Source: a virus
Strand: one strand, 5' to 3'
Length of the DNA: 64,000 bases
Virus record (IMG/VR): IMGVR_UViG_3300048839_001249
Location: 28,689 to 92,688 of that record
Shown here: one piece after another, positions 40,201 through 49,007 of the stretch
Numbering within the stretch: the stretch's first letter is position 1
Layout: every line of letters starts with the position of its first letter
The notes under the pieces: model-generated
Told to the model about the DNA's origin: nothing
The model's database searches: none
The model's input: only the letters and a program-made list of their open reading frames with translations
Position numbers and translations under genes: made by a program

Positions 40201-42185
40201 TGCTAAGCACAGAAGAAAAAAAAGAAAGGGCAAGGTTGTTGAGAATGATTAAAAGATCATCATCACAACAAGAAATAGATAAGTATAATGAAGAAATTGA
40301 AAAGCTTGGTAGTCATATCAATGTAAATAGTATTTGGAATGTTATTAATTCACTTATCGTTTTCAATGGTTTGACTTATAATATACGATCAAGTATGTTT
40401 AACTATACTTATGGTTATTTACAAAGTATGTTTATTGATCAGTTAGGTGATCACTGGACACCGGGTAATTTTCAAGCAGCATTTAACTTTGTACTAGGTA
40501 AAGGTAGAAAAAATCTTTACAAGACAGGTGGAAAACTTTTTCCGGGATGGAAAGAACATGCTAAACAAATAGAAATTGCACAATTGTTTATTAACAAATC
40601 TTATATCATTAATGATATGAGAAATGAAAAACAAAAGGCATCAACAAATTTAGGAAAAAAAGAATTTGGCGGTGGAGCAAAAAACATATTAAAACCTTAT
40701 TATATTTCTGTTACAGCAGTAGAATGGAGAAACCAGACTGCAAACATTCTTTCAGTATTAATGGATGCTGAAATTGAAGACATTCACGGAAATAAACATA
40801 AAGTATTTGATGGTAATAAGTTTACTTGTTATGAACATACTAGTGGAAAATTAAAATTAAAAGCTGAATTTGCCAAACCTGAAAACATTGAGAATTGGGA
40901 AAATATGAATGGTGATCAGTTTAAAACATTTCATATTTCAGCATCATCAGCTATCAGAAAAGTACAAGGAGATTATTCACCTATTGGCGGAATGATGGTA
41001 AAGTCAGGTAGAATAGGAAAAACAGCTATGATATTTCAAACATGGCTACCTATGGTATTGTGGACAAGATATGGAAAAGGTAAGAATTTAGCTTCTGGTA
41101 CTAATAGAAAAAGACCAATATATAGAAGACATAATCCTTTTACATTAGCAATGTTGGCTGGTGTAGTCACTACTGCTTTTGTAGCTACAAATTTACCAAT
41201 GGTAGCAGGTGCAACTATTGGTACTCTTATTGCAGCAACAATTGTTAGAAGATTTGCAAAAAATATTTCTGTAAAACCAGATATAAATTATGCAATGGAA
41301 TTGGTAATGACAATGAAAGCATTAACAATGAAAACTTTAGGAATTCCTACAAATCTTATATTAAGATCATTACCAATCAATATTAAATCTAGGAAAGAAT
41401 TACTTAAACCTAATATAGAGAAAGATTTTGGTTTAAAACTAGAAGATGCAAAAGCTATGCAATTTATATTAACAGAGATTGCGGTTGTACTTAATGCTAT
41501 TATGATGAAAATGGCTGTTGTTGCAGCATTAAATTGTGATGAGAAAACAATATCATGTGAAAGAAGAATGAAAATCAAAAACTTTCTTGATAATACATTC
41601 ACAAGAATTATTGCAGAAACAGCATTTTATCTTAATCCATTAAAGATTATTCAGAACTTTAGAGATGGATCATTTTTAATGTATCTTGATAAAGTAGGTG
41701 GATTTCTTCCTGCTGTGAATAAGTTTCTCGAAGGTGAGGATATTATAATGAGTGGTGAATATACAGGTGAAAGTAGGTTATTAAGACTAGCCGATAAAAC
41801 ACTTGTACCTTCTATATTGAGTATTAATCATTTGTCTCCCATATTTGATAGTTCTGTTAGGAAAAAAATAAGTGATGATCCCGGATATTTATTAGATGTT
41901 GCAATGCCACATCAAATAGATTATACAGCTAATGATTTCTTTGATGTAACATTTTCAACAGATAGACAAAAAGCTGACAGAAATATTGAAAATAAAAGAG
42001 CAAAGCTTAAAAGAAAATTAAAAAGACAAGGATATAGTGATGAGTATATTAATAGAATGAAAAATCAAAATCATCCTACAGTAGCTCAATATATAGCTGA
42101 CGTAAAAAGAAAAGTTGATAAAGGTGAATTACCACAATCATTAGCCAATCAACAAATACAAAACTTTATTAACAACAATAAATAA
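37242..42185 (+). CDS. Large virion cargo protein with hydrophobic C-terminal segments
   Basis: 1647 aa, helical, QGDYS...FQTWLP motif, TM-like stretch near 41138-41250; last gene of the + arm. Confidence 0.65.
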   Translation: MICPDFKNPIEKQQFLEIESIFGNNVSSWLWHFNNGHPLNKTSSGEDSVLFKEIYDIVGNKKTAMLLKAQIYQKGFIAQEPTLKEFTDQFMPKKITVSHSVHPKKLEYGSVHRAMVEEAIGNMITGKKIKAGDHRNEVRFEFEDEQQNYEVAKSKALKINEQYGQGTATLDTRNPKSITMFVNFKPETIIEQLTLETELARQRMIDQNESDMFTRQIEGNWQTNDEGNVIPYTEYDTRDYMPLNVSNQTFSFPNTFDEFLAEKQAQLKQLEDTQNRLRKEAKASKRNQEIINKLNDLRFRITALKTTINNVKRDGLFSVAFSEMVKSDFERIEKLLQNNDGDSLLEAKRMIDYYISVGIMDRDGNSNPLFAAEGISLADAPDDIKNALVKASTKAEEYNDIYIEKLKDVAYQTLINHPNYAKLYPDDISMSQLFEKVDDIDYFSEYFLSVDFTFTGNDSILAQIIKELFERKLLEKIAVAKGIIENIDDLLPRVNRLLIEMGEYRRDFLTAGRKIPLYSIFYQKNDLGNLTPALIDKFSQDWYNFVSSISFAVDQAWKSGKTYDEVNSAKYKEIHKKGRLFDITKLPSLFSTHTAFKGSKVPWANTTDEQAYINELVSEMGQTKFDEIVEQQIIKLDEYNSYVAMFRNDLIKQYGSFNQNVKDELEREVFSRSPLRALFANKDGMVTGNSGNTYSVTLEFSMYIPKKGLQRMYNDDFSVIENNPLLLQFWGVMREAVRNINESVPFKAKYATSILSMNQGILEAVIDKRIGQKSKLVSLAGIKEITYNALHNTFSTKNNDFDEDLLAKENDQNKVNDSKFKSVTDRISSRVEKETEEASSILNLKLNNTTMVDLNTASPEMIEYLARLFNVKATRSMVISAVNRGITPYATDIYIVRAIRAEVGRQEMLKETLNLPKVLKYYLAQAAHYDAANEIIPMLGGLKNLYNQIKTKSGSKRVRAEKRMNEWFDRVIRGYRVRENPQKGILVLSTEEKKERARLLRMIKRSSSQQEIDKYNEEIEKLGSHINVNSIWNVINSLIVFNGLTYNIRSSMFNYTYGYLQSMFIDQLGDHWTPGNFQAAFNFVLGKGRKNLYKTGGKLFPGWKEHAKQIEIAQLFINKSYIINDMRNEKQKASTNLGKKEFGGGAKNILKPYYISVTAVEWRNQTANILSVLMDAEIEDIHGNKHKVFDGNKFTCYEHTSGKLKLKAEFAKPENIENWENMNGDQFKTFHISASSAIRKVQGDYSPIGGMMVKSGRIGKTAMIFQTWLPMVLWTRYGKGKNLASGTNRKRPIYRRHNPFTLAMLAGVVTTAFVATNLPMVAGATIGTLIAATIVRRFAKNISVKPDINYAMELVMTMKALTMKTLGIPTNLILRSLPINIKSRKELLKPNIEKDFGLKLEDAKAMQFILTEIAVVLNAIMMKMAVVAALNCDEKTISCERRMKIKNFLDNTFTRIIAETAFYLNPLKIIQNFRDGSFLMYLDKVGGFLPAVNKFLEGEDIIMSGEYTGESRLLRLADKTLVPSILSINHLSPIFDSSVRKKISDDPGYLLDVAMPHQIDYTANDFFDVTFSTDRQKADRNIENKRAKLKRKLKRQGYSDEYINRMKNQNHPTVAQYIADVKRKVDKGELPQSLANQQIQNFINNNK

Positions 42186-42220
42186 AAAAAGTGCCTGCTC
42201 GTAACAGGCACTTAGTTTTT
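42184..42220. terminator. Bidirectional intrinsic terminator where the two arms converge
   Basis: AAGTGCCTG-ctcgtaa-CAGGCACTT hairpin (42189-42213) with an A-run on the left and a T-rich tail on the right. Confidence 0.85.
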
Positions 42221-42323
42221 AACCCTTAAATCAGTTTTTAATGAATATTTTATCAGATCAAGTTGTAAGAATTATCAGAGTTCATGTTCGTAATGGTCAA
42301 TGGAAAACATTTAATCATGATAA
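42184..42323 (-). ncRNA. Candidate small RNA of about 140 nt
   Basis: Bounded by a full promoter and an intrinsic terminator; contains only a 21-codon ORF. Confidence 0.4.
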
Positions 42324-42329
42324 ACTGTG

Positions 42330-42361
42330 CAAATATAAACAATTAATTGAAGAAGAGCAAA
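42330..42361 (-). promoter_or_regulatory. Bacteroidota housekeeping promoter TTTG-N20-TATATTTG
   Basis: Minus-strand TTTG at 42361-42358, 20-nt spacer, TATATTTG at 42337-42330. Confidence 0.65.
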
Positions 42362-42412
42362 TTTTTCGTGATAAATATCATGCTGACATAGTTAATATTG
42401 TATATATGATGC

Positions 42413-42730
42413 CTAACTAAAATAGTCTATAATTCTGATTACTAGTTCATAAGATAGTTCTGTATCACGTAAACAAAATCTTTTTTCTGTTCTTCGTTTA
42501 TCATTTCCTAATATATTTTTGAATTCAATAATTTCTGAAAATTCTTTTACAGTAATTGTTTCTACTATTTCATTGAATGTCATGTAAATGGTAGGAGTAG
42601 CTATTAGTTCTTTTGGTATAGTTATTCCTGTTAGTGGTTTTTCATTCAATATGTTCGATATAGTAGTTGCATTCTCCCTCATCTGTTGATTCAAAAAGAG
42701 CAATTTGGATACCTTCTTCTGGTATTTCAT
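42413..42730 (-). CDS. Hypothetical protein (true start uncertain, possibly ATG at 42583)
   Basis: ORF track; the 5' part overlaps the 42642-42824 ORF. Confidence 0.45.
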   Translation of the reverse strand: MKYQKKVSKLLFLNQQMRENATTISNILNEKPLTGITIPKELIATPTIYMTFNEIVETITVKEFSEIIEFKNILGNDKRRTEKRFCLRDTELSYELVIRIIDYFS

Positions 42731-42824
42731 ATTCTGATTTTCCCTTCTCAGTGTATTTTAAATACTCTTGATTTCTTAGACATGCATTAGCAATAACACA
42801 GTCATTGTTTTTACATAGTATCAT
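42642..42824 (-). CDS. Small Cys-rich protein
   Basis: C-x4-C-x5-CLR...C pattern typical of small phage Zn-binding proteins. Confidence 0.55.
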   Translation of the reverse strand: MILCKNNDCVIANACLRNQEYLKYTEKGKSEYEIPEEGIQIALFESTDEGECNYYIEHIE

Positions 42825-42913
42825 TTCTTGTTTTTTATTATTGTTCTTATTAGAATAGCAAATGTAATAATTATCAAAGCTACTCCTATTGCAATGTATA
42901 AATCATTTTCCAT
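42821..42913 (-). CDS. 30-aa single-TM microprotein MENDLYIAIGVALIIITFAILIRTIIKNKK
   Basis: Read by hand; fills the gap exactly and overlaps both neighbours; below the ORF-track cutoff. Confidence 0.55.
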   Translation of the reverse strand: MENDLYIAIGVALIIITFAILIRTIIKNKK

Positions 42914-43337
42914 TTTTGTAAACTGTATTCATTTGTGATTCATTTAAAATTTCAATTGTACTTTTTCCATCATTTTTATCAACAGTTAATTGTTCTTCTG
43001 TTTCTGAAATAATTCCTGTAAAAGTACTTTCTGGTTCATCATATACATTTGTTAGTTGAGCAGAACTGTACAATTCACCTGATTTAATTTTGTCAATAAT
43101 TGTGTGTGCTCTTGTACTAGTTACTCTTACTCGTTCCCATGCAGTAATTTTAAAGTCAATAAAAATAGTTACTGGTTTTACATCACTAACATTTAATGAT
43201 ACATTTGTTGGTATAGGAATAGCTTCTGGATGTTCTCTTCTATCAACAATATTACCATTAGATAATATTCCAGCATAACCTTCTTGAGTAAATTTGAGTA
43301 TCTTTTCTAGTAATTCTACTTTTTCTTTATTATTCAT
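42903..43337 (-). CDS. Hypothetical protein
   Basis: 144-aa ORF in the minus-strand gene run. Confidence 0.65.
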   Translation of the reverse strand: MNNKEKVELLEKILKFTQEGYAGILSNGNIVDRREHPEAIPIPTNVSLNVSDVKPVTIFIDFKITAWERVRVTSTRAHTIIDKIKSGELYSSAQLTNVYDEPESTFTGIISETEEQLTVDKNDGKSTIEILNESQMNTVYKNGK

Positions 43338-43341
43338 AACT

Positions 43342-43872
43342 TTAATTGTAGGTTTCTCTTGCTTCTATAGCTTTGTATTTGGTTTCCCAACAAGTTTTAC
43401 AATAAATACCAGCAAAGTATCTTCCTGCTATTTCTTCTTTTTTTATTTCAGTTTTACATGCACTACATTTAACAACACCTTGCACATATTTTCTGCAAAC
43501 ATCAATAATTACTTCAAGGTCTTTATATTCAAGCTTGTCAGTTTCTTTGTTGATAGACTTTATTTTAAAGTTTCCTAATGTTGTACCACCAGTTTCATTC
43601 CATACAGTAATATCCCAATAATAAAATTTCTCTGGCCTCTCTTGTGTATGATAACTTACCATGAAAGCAAATAAATGTCCACCATAAGTTATCTTTAACA
43701 ATTTATGTGAATTTGCATACTTATATCCAATAGCAATTTTCATTGCATCTTCATAAAATCTTATACTGTTATCTCCACGATTATTATTATCAAATGTCCA
43801 TAATGGAAAATCTAATAATAATTGTTGATGAATAATTATAGCAGGTACTAATTTTGCTTTTAAATTGTTCAT
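43342..43872 (-). CDS. Hypothetical protein with C-terminal zinc finger
   Basis: CSAC...CKTC. Confidence 0.7.
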   Translation of the reverse strand: MNNLKAKLVPAIIIHQQLLLDFPLWTFDNNNRGDNSIRFYEDAMKIAIGYKYANSHKLLKITYGGHLFAFMVSYHTQERPEKFYYWDITVWNETGGTTLGNFKIKSINKETDKLEYKDLEVIIDVCRKYVQGVVKCSACKTEIKKEEIAGRYFAGIYCKTCWETKYKAIEARETYN

Positions 43873-44153
43873 GATTTTAGTTTAAGTTCACAATTTAGTC
43901 CTTTTCTTTTATTTTCAATGAATGTAAGAAATTCTTCTAGCATTTGTTCTTCTTCCAGTGTTTTGAATTTTAGAATTTCTCTTAGGGGATTTTCGGTAAG
44001 CTTTTTACGAAGTAAATCTGTAGCTTTCATATAGTAAATTTCATGATCATGTTCCATTGCATCAATTAATTTTTCAATAACATGATCAATATCTACTTTT
44101 ACTTCACTTTTAAAATGTAATGGATGTACCCACATTGTTTTTTCAGCACTCAT
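43869..44153 (-). CDS. Hypothetical protein
   Basis: Translationally coupled ORF. Confidence 0.6.
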   Translation of the reverse strand: MSAEKTMWVHPLHFKSEVKVDIDHVIEKLIDAMEHDHEIYYMKATDLLRKKLTENPLREILKFKTLEEEQMLEEFLTFIENKRKGLNCELKLKS

Positions 44154-44539
44154 AAAATATATTTTTTAATTGATATAAAATCAATATGTGACCAACCTTC
44201 ATTTGTATTAGCTTTGACTTCATTATTTTCAATATCAAATTCAAAGCTGGCTATAATAGCTTCTCTGGCAATCTTATCATCATGTATAACAGTATCACCA
44301 ATTGAAAAGTATTCTCCATAAGAATTTCTAGCAACTTTTTTATCAGGAGACAAAAAGTTTCTTCTTTTTCTTACTGTTATTTCAGATTGTAATTTTTTAG
44401 TACAATAATCATTTAACTTTTCACCTAGAGTAATTAGACCAACACCAATGATGCCATTAACTTCTATTGCACAGTCAATGACATCAGTGATTGTTAGTCC
44501 TTCATTAAGCATAAGTTCTTTAATCTTCGTCTTCTTCAT
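44150..44539 (-). CDS. Hypothetical protein
   Basis: Coupled ORF; the C-terminal FSIGDTV segment looks SH3/KOW-like. Confidence 0.6.
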   Translation of the reverse strand: MKKTKIKELMLNEGLTITDVIDCAIEVNGIIGVGLITLGEKLNDYCTKKLQSEITVRKRRNFLSPDKKVARNSYGEYFSIGDTVIHDDKIAREAIIASFEFDIENNEVKANTNEGWSHIDFISIKKYIL

Positions 44540-45111
44540 TGTTTTTTAAAATTAAAAATTTCTTCTTCTTTTACAGGTGGAAATTCAACTTCTCCTTGCC
44601 ATGTTCTATAATCAATACGAACATCATACATTTTGTTAACTGTACTAATAAAACTAATTAATTTCTCTTTGTCTCTTACTAGTACATCCATGTATCTATT
44701 ATTAAATACATGGTTTATTTGCTCTTGAGTGTACATTTTACTATACTTTCCTTCAACAAACTCTGGTTTTGCATCTTCATAATTTTCTGGTATTTGCAGA
44801 ACAATCATGTGTTGATAGCCAGATAGTATATCATCAAATGGATAATCATTTACATAAAATGATTGTGTTTTAATCCATTTAAGTATTTGAGTAAAATTTT
44901 TACAATCAATATCTACAAGTAAAAAAATATGATTTTTATGAACACTGCCAGTAATAAATTGATCTCCTGTTCCTACAGCTAGTTTTTTCAGGCCATTTAT
45001 AGCCTTCATTAGTGTTTTTCCATGGTCACAAAGACAAGGGAGTAAATATTCCCTTGTCTTATTCATGTAAAATTTTCCAATCTCTATTTTCATATCATAT
45101 TGATTCCCCAT
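44536..45111 (-). CDS. Phage hypothetical protein
   Basis: 191 aa with NKT..YLLP, F.EGKYSKMY and EEEIFN segments. Confidence 0.65.
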   Translation of the reverse strand: MGNQYDMKIEIGKFYMNKTREYLLPCLCDHGKTLMKAINGLKKLAVGTGDQFITGSVHKNHIFLLVDIDCKNFTQILKWIKTQSFYVNDYPFDDILSGYQHMIVLQIPENYEDAKPEFVEGKYSKMYTQEQINHVFNNRYMDVLVRDKEKLISFISTVNKMYDVRIDYRTWQGEVEFPPVKEEEIFNFKKQ

Positions 45112-46241
45112 TCAAGATTAAGATTGTTATTATTTTCTTTTATAATTCTGTCAATGTCAAATCCATTATTAAGATGCCATTGATATAGGTCAAGAAGATA
45201 TAAAAATCCTTGTACTGGAGAAAATGATAGTGTTCCTGTTAGTTCATTATCTTGATTTTTAAACATTAGATATTCTCTTCCATATTTACCCATATTTAAA
45301 AATGATTGATTGGCATGATAAATAACTGGATTACCAGTAAAGCTTTTACTTTCAACAATAAATCCAAAACCTTTAATTGCACCAACACTAATACTCATTG
45401 GTTCACTATCTTCACCAATATTAATGGTTAATTTCCAGTTGTTATTTTCCAAATGTCTGTTAATTACTGCAAGATAAAATGCTGCTTGTATGTCATACCT
45501 GAATCTTTTTGCCTGTTCTGGAAATTTTATTACAGGTTCTTCCATTGTTTTAATGTCAAATATTGTAAGATTTCCAACAGCATCAATAACAATTATATCT
45601 GGTAATGCCTTGCATTTTACATTGTTAATCATTGCATAAACAGGCTTTTGATAAATCACATAAAAGTTTTCTTCTACATTTTCAAAGAAATCTTTTGTTT
45701 CATCATGAGTTTTAAGTGATTTTACAATATTATCAATAATAACTTTTTCTTCCAGTGAAATTATCTGTTTACCGATAGATTTTATGGTTTCATCAAAATA
45801 GTTATTACCTTGCTCAAGAATGTTTCTTATTAATGCCTCATCACCATATTTAGGATTCCAGTTATGGTTTCTACAAGCTGAACAAATTAGTTCAGGAAAT
45901 AATGACAGGTTTCCCGGCATAAGTGCAATATCTTCTTCTGATCTTGTTTCAATCAATGTATCAGCAATTTGTTTGATAATTGACATTACTGTTGGAGATG
46001 GTTTTACATCAAGCATTGATACATAAAACTGTTCATTAAAGATTTCTTCTCCTTGTGTTAACATTGTATCCACAGCACTTCCAATAACAAAGCTGGTTAC
46101 TTCATCATAATGTGCTTGTTTTTCTCTTTCTTTGTTAAAGTAATCTACTCCACCAGAAAGTTTTTTTAGAAGACTCTGATTAATATGATCTTCATCATTG
46201 AAATAATTTTCAATCTCTTGTTTGTTTGTTCTGATTATCAT
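45090..46241 (-). CDS. PD-(D/E)XK exonuclease (RecE/ExoVIII, DUF3799-like)
   Basis: QSLLK, GSAVD, CKALPD, FDIKT and YDIQAAFY motifs. Confidence 0.85.
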   Translation of the reverse strand: MIIRTNKQEIENYFNDEDHINQSLLKKLSGGVDYFNKEREKQAHYDEVTSFVIGSAVDTMLTQGEEIFNEQFYVSMLDVKPSPTVMSIIKQIADTLIETRSEEDIALMPGNLSLFPELICSACRNHNWNPKYGDEALIRNILEQGNNYFDETIKSIGKQIISLEEKVIIDNIVKSLKTHDETKDFFENVEENFYVIYQKPVYAMINNVKCKALPDIIVIDAVGNLTIFDIKTMEEPVIKFPEQAKRFRYDIQAAFYLAVINRHLENNNWKLTINIGEDSEPMSISVGAIKGFGFIVESKSFTGNPVIYHANQSFLNMGKYGREYLMFKNQDNELTGTLSFSPVQGFLYLLDLYQWHLNNGFDIDRIIKENNNNLNLEWGINMI

Positions 46242-46605
46242 GTGATATTAATTTTTTAAAGTCTTGAAATGTCATTGTAACAATTTCATCATACTCATTT
46301 CTTTTATTTCCACTTCCTACTTTTTTCTTGTGTATGATGATTTTAGGGTAGTCTGGATGATCTGGAATAAATTCCTTTAATGCATCATTCATTTCTTTTA
46401 GTATTTTAATAGGATTAAGACCTCTTTGTATTCCAGCTTTTGCTTGCACATAAAATGGAATATTCATTAAATCTACTTTACAGGAATCATATAATCTGCT
46501 TCCTTGTCTTGATGTAATGCATCTTTTAAATCCTAAATTTCTAAATTCTTGGGCATAGTACCTTTCAGCATTATGTCCAAGAGTTCTATTTTTAGCATTA
46601 CTCAT
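46210..46605 (-). CDS. Holliday junction resolvase-like PD-(D/E)XK nuclease
   Basis: NR..GH.AER, VDL and VQAK pattern. Confidence 0.65.
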   Translation of the reverse strand: MSNAKNRTLGHNAERYYAQEFRNLGFKRCITSRQGSRLYDSCKVDLMNIPFYVQAKAGIQRGLNPIKILKEMNDALKEFIPDHPDYPKIIIHKKKVGSGNKRNEYDEIVTMTFQDFKKLISHDNQNKQTRD

Positions 46606-46622
46606 GTATTAAAATTATTATA

Positions 46623-47258
46623 TTAACTGTTTGTGAGACTTATTTCCATTAGATTATTCTTTATTCTTTGGTTTATCATTTCCAAATCATTTACAGTTTT
46701 AATTTTTATTTTAAACTGATATGGAATAAAGCAATAATTTTGAATTTTATTTGTCATAATTACATCATAATAATTTCTAACATCATAAAGCAAACCTTTA
46801 TTTATTATCCAACTAGTTAATTTTTTATATTCGAAAATTTCACTATTAACTAGTATTTTAATATGGTCAGAACTAATGAAAAAATTTTCACCTGACAATA
46901 ATTTTGCCATTATTATTGATGATGAGTTTATTGCTGCAAGTAAAACTATTTCATTATTAACTGATATATATCCATATCCATATTGAATTGTAATATTGTC
47001 CGGTGAATAAAAAATTGTGGTTGGACTACACCATTTATCATTATAATTCCTTAATGCTGATATTTTTTTTGTTGATGTTCTTATAGAATTAGCTATTATT
47101 TTAGATGAATAATATAACTTTTCATTTATTACCATTCCTTCATTTAATGCATATAATGGTATTAATTCATTATCACTTGAACAGCAGATATTACCAACAT
47201 CATAATGATATTTTATGGGATTAAATTGTATGGGATTAAATTGTATGTAATTTATCAT
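46623..47258 (-). CDS. AT-rich hypothetical protein coupled to the E1 gene
   Basis: ATGA overlap with the ThiF stop; 211 aa. Confidence 0.6.
   Translation of the reverse strand: MINYIQFNPIQFNPIKYHYDVGNICCSSDNELIPLYALNEGMVINEKLYYSSKIIANSIRTSTKKISALRNYNDKWCSPTTIFYSPDNITIQYGYGYISVNNEIVLLAAINSSSIIMAKLLSGENFFISSDHIKILVNSEIFEYKKLTSWIINKGLLYDVRNYYDVIMTNKIQNYCFIPYQFKIKIKTVNDLEMINQRIKNNLMEISLTNS
47214..47247. repeat. 15-bp tandem duplication TATGGGATTAAATTG
   Basis: Two exact copies; encode IQFNP-IQFNP in frame. Confidence 0.9.
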
Positions 47259-47935
47259 AGTACAATATCAGTTTTTAATAATGGTACAAAATATTCATAG
47301 TAAAATGGTACAGTACGATATTTTTCTCCTGTTATGATATTAGCTGCATGATTTGTTAAAAATGCTGTCATTAAGCTTGCTATCATTGCTGCTGTATGTG
47401 ATGTTTGTGTTGTTGTGCAACTTAGATTTTCAACATCTTCATCACCAAATAAGAAATTTTCCTCATAGCGTTTCATTATTTCAGGATCAGTAGTAACACA
47501 AAATATTTGAATTTGCTCAAAAAGTAATCTTCCATCAATTAATAATGCATTTTGATCATTTTGATTATTTTCTTTCCATCTATGATACATTATTCTTCTT
47601 GCTTCCATATTATCAAATCCTGATAACATAATAGAAGATGTTATTGATGTTGTATCATACTTGGCATTTACTCCTTGTATATTAATTTTTGAAAAATCAG
47701 AAACATTGTTTTTTAATGCTACTATTTTTCTATCACCTACTTGTGACCATCTAACAAATTGTCCACCAACATTGTGTTCTTCAAAAATATCATCATCAAA
47801 TACTATACATACTATTCCTATTCTCGAAAGAAGTAATGTAAGCCATGATGAAATTCCACCTGCACCACCCACAATAATCTTTTTTCCTTTTAAATATGGA
47901 TACCATATTGCATCTTTAAATCTATCATTGTACAT
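47255..47935 (-). CDS. ThiF/MoeB/E1-like adenylyltransferase
   Basis: GGAGGISSW nucleotide loop, FDDD..EEHN..GQ, K, GFDNMEAR, DGR; candidate catalytic Cys in NLSCTTTQT. Confidence 0.9.
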   Translation of the reverse strand: MYNDRFKDAIWYPYLKGKKIIVGGAGGISSWLTLLLSRIGIVCIVFDDDIFEEHNVGGQFVRWSQVGDRKIVALKNNVSDFSKINIQGVNAKYDTTSITSSIMLSGFDNMEARRIMYHRWKENNQNDQNALLIDGRLLFEQIQIFCVTTDPEIMKRYEENFLFGDEDVENLSCTTTQTSHTAAMIASLMTAFLTNHAANIITGEKYRTVPFYYEYFVPLLKTDIVL

Positions 47936-49007
47936 ACTTTTTCGTTTTAAAGTTAGCTTTTACAAAATCATTAATCAACTTTTCCATTATTTTTACTATT
48001 GGGTATTTTATGGATTTAAGTGCTTTTAAATATTCATTTATTACTTCAATTGGGTCAATTGGTTCTCCAGGAACATAGTAATTTAATATGTCTTCTGCAA
48101 GATTGTTAACAGCTAGAGTCATTAATTGAATGGCTTCTTCTCTATTATCATGATTTTGTAATATTGAAAATGCTTGATCTGCTGTATGAACCATAGCATC
48201 AATTTCCATAATACTTTCTGCTTCCAGATTATAACATATAAAGTCATCAATATTAAGTTTATCTGAATCTTTACTTGTAATTTTTTTGTTTTGATTTTTT
48301 GGAAATACAAATTCATCAGATACCGAAGAATTTTTTCCAAAACCTATTACATTATTGTGAGATGTTTGTACTGCAACAACTTTTGTCTTTTTATTTATTT
48401 TTTCATATCTATCTGAGAATTGTGATCCAACTTCATGTTGAATATCAGCGACAAACTTGCAGTCATAAGTACATACACTTAGTATTTGGTTTTTTATTTT
48501 AAGGTTGTAATATTCACCATTACCCTTTCTTGCTTTGATTGTAGACATTGGTTCTATCGTAAATGCAATTTTACCTTTCATTTCCAGAAATGTATTTACA
48601 ATTACTGAAAGATAAAAATTATGATGTTCAGCATTTTCTACAAGCTCATCTAAGTCTGTACCTGAAAAGAATACACTCATCAGATTGTGGCTATGAATAT
48701 GTCCCATTTTCCAACTCAGTGAGTCAGGATTATTCATTCTGAATTCAACAATAGATTTATCCAGTTTATAGTCTGTTGCTGCACCTGTTCCTATATCCAT
48801 TAAAAAGATATATTGTAATACTATTAACATATTTTTAGGTTTATCTATATCACCATCAACGGTGTAAAATAATATACCTGACCATTCTTTTTGTGGAACT
48901 TTTGAAACAAGATATTTTACTTGTTCTGAAAATCTCTTGGTTATAGAAACTTTTACCTGACTTTCAAGAGGGATTATTTTTAGATTTTTTTGTTGCATAA
49001 TATTCAA
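47925..49007 (-). CDS. JAB/MPN+ (JAMM) metallo-isopeptidase with C-terminal extension
   Basis: EWSG glutamate plus HSH-x7-S-x2-D (HSHNLMSVFFSGTD). Confidence 0.9.
   Translation of the reverse strand: MNIMQQKNLKIIPLESQVKVSITKRFSEQVKYLVSKVPQKEWSGILFYTVDGDIDKPKNMLIVLQYIFLMDIGTGAATDYKLDKSIVEFRMNNPDSLSWKMGHIHSHNLMSVFFSGTDLDELVENAEHHNFYLSVIVNTFLEMKGKIAFTIEPMSTIKARKGNGEYYNLKIKNQILSVCTYDCKFVADIQHEVGSQFSDRYEKINKKTKVVAVQTSHNNVIGFGKNSSVSDEFVFPKNQNKKITSKDSDKLNIDDFICYNLEAESIMEIDAMVHTADQAFSILQNHDNREEAIQLMTLAVNNLAEDILNYYVPGEPIDPIEVINEYLKALKSIKYPIVKIMEKLINDFVKANFKTKKYVQ

Noticed and set aside
21669-41602. Many short minus-strand ORFs inside the RNAP and cargo genes, and similar plus-strand ORFs in the right arm
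   Set aside because: Antisense shadows of long coding frames, with no motifs and no independent start context.
47255-47935. Thiamine or molybdopterin biosynthesis role for the ThiF protein
   Set aside because: No thi/moa genes or ThiS/MoaD-like GG carrier nearby; the neighbours are JAB and E2-like genes.
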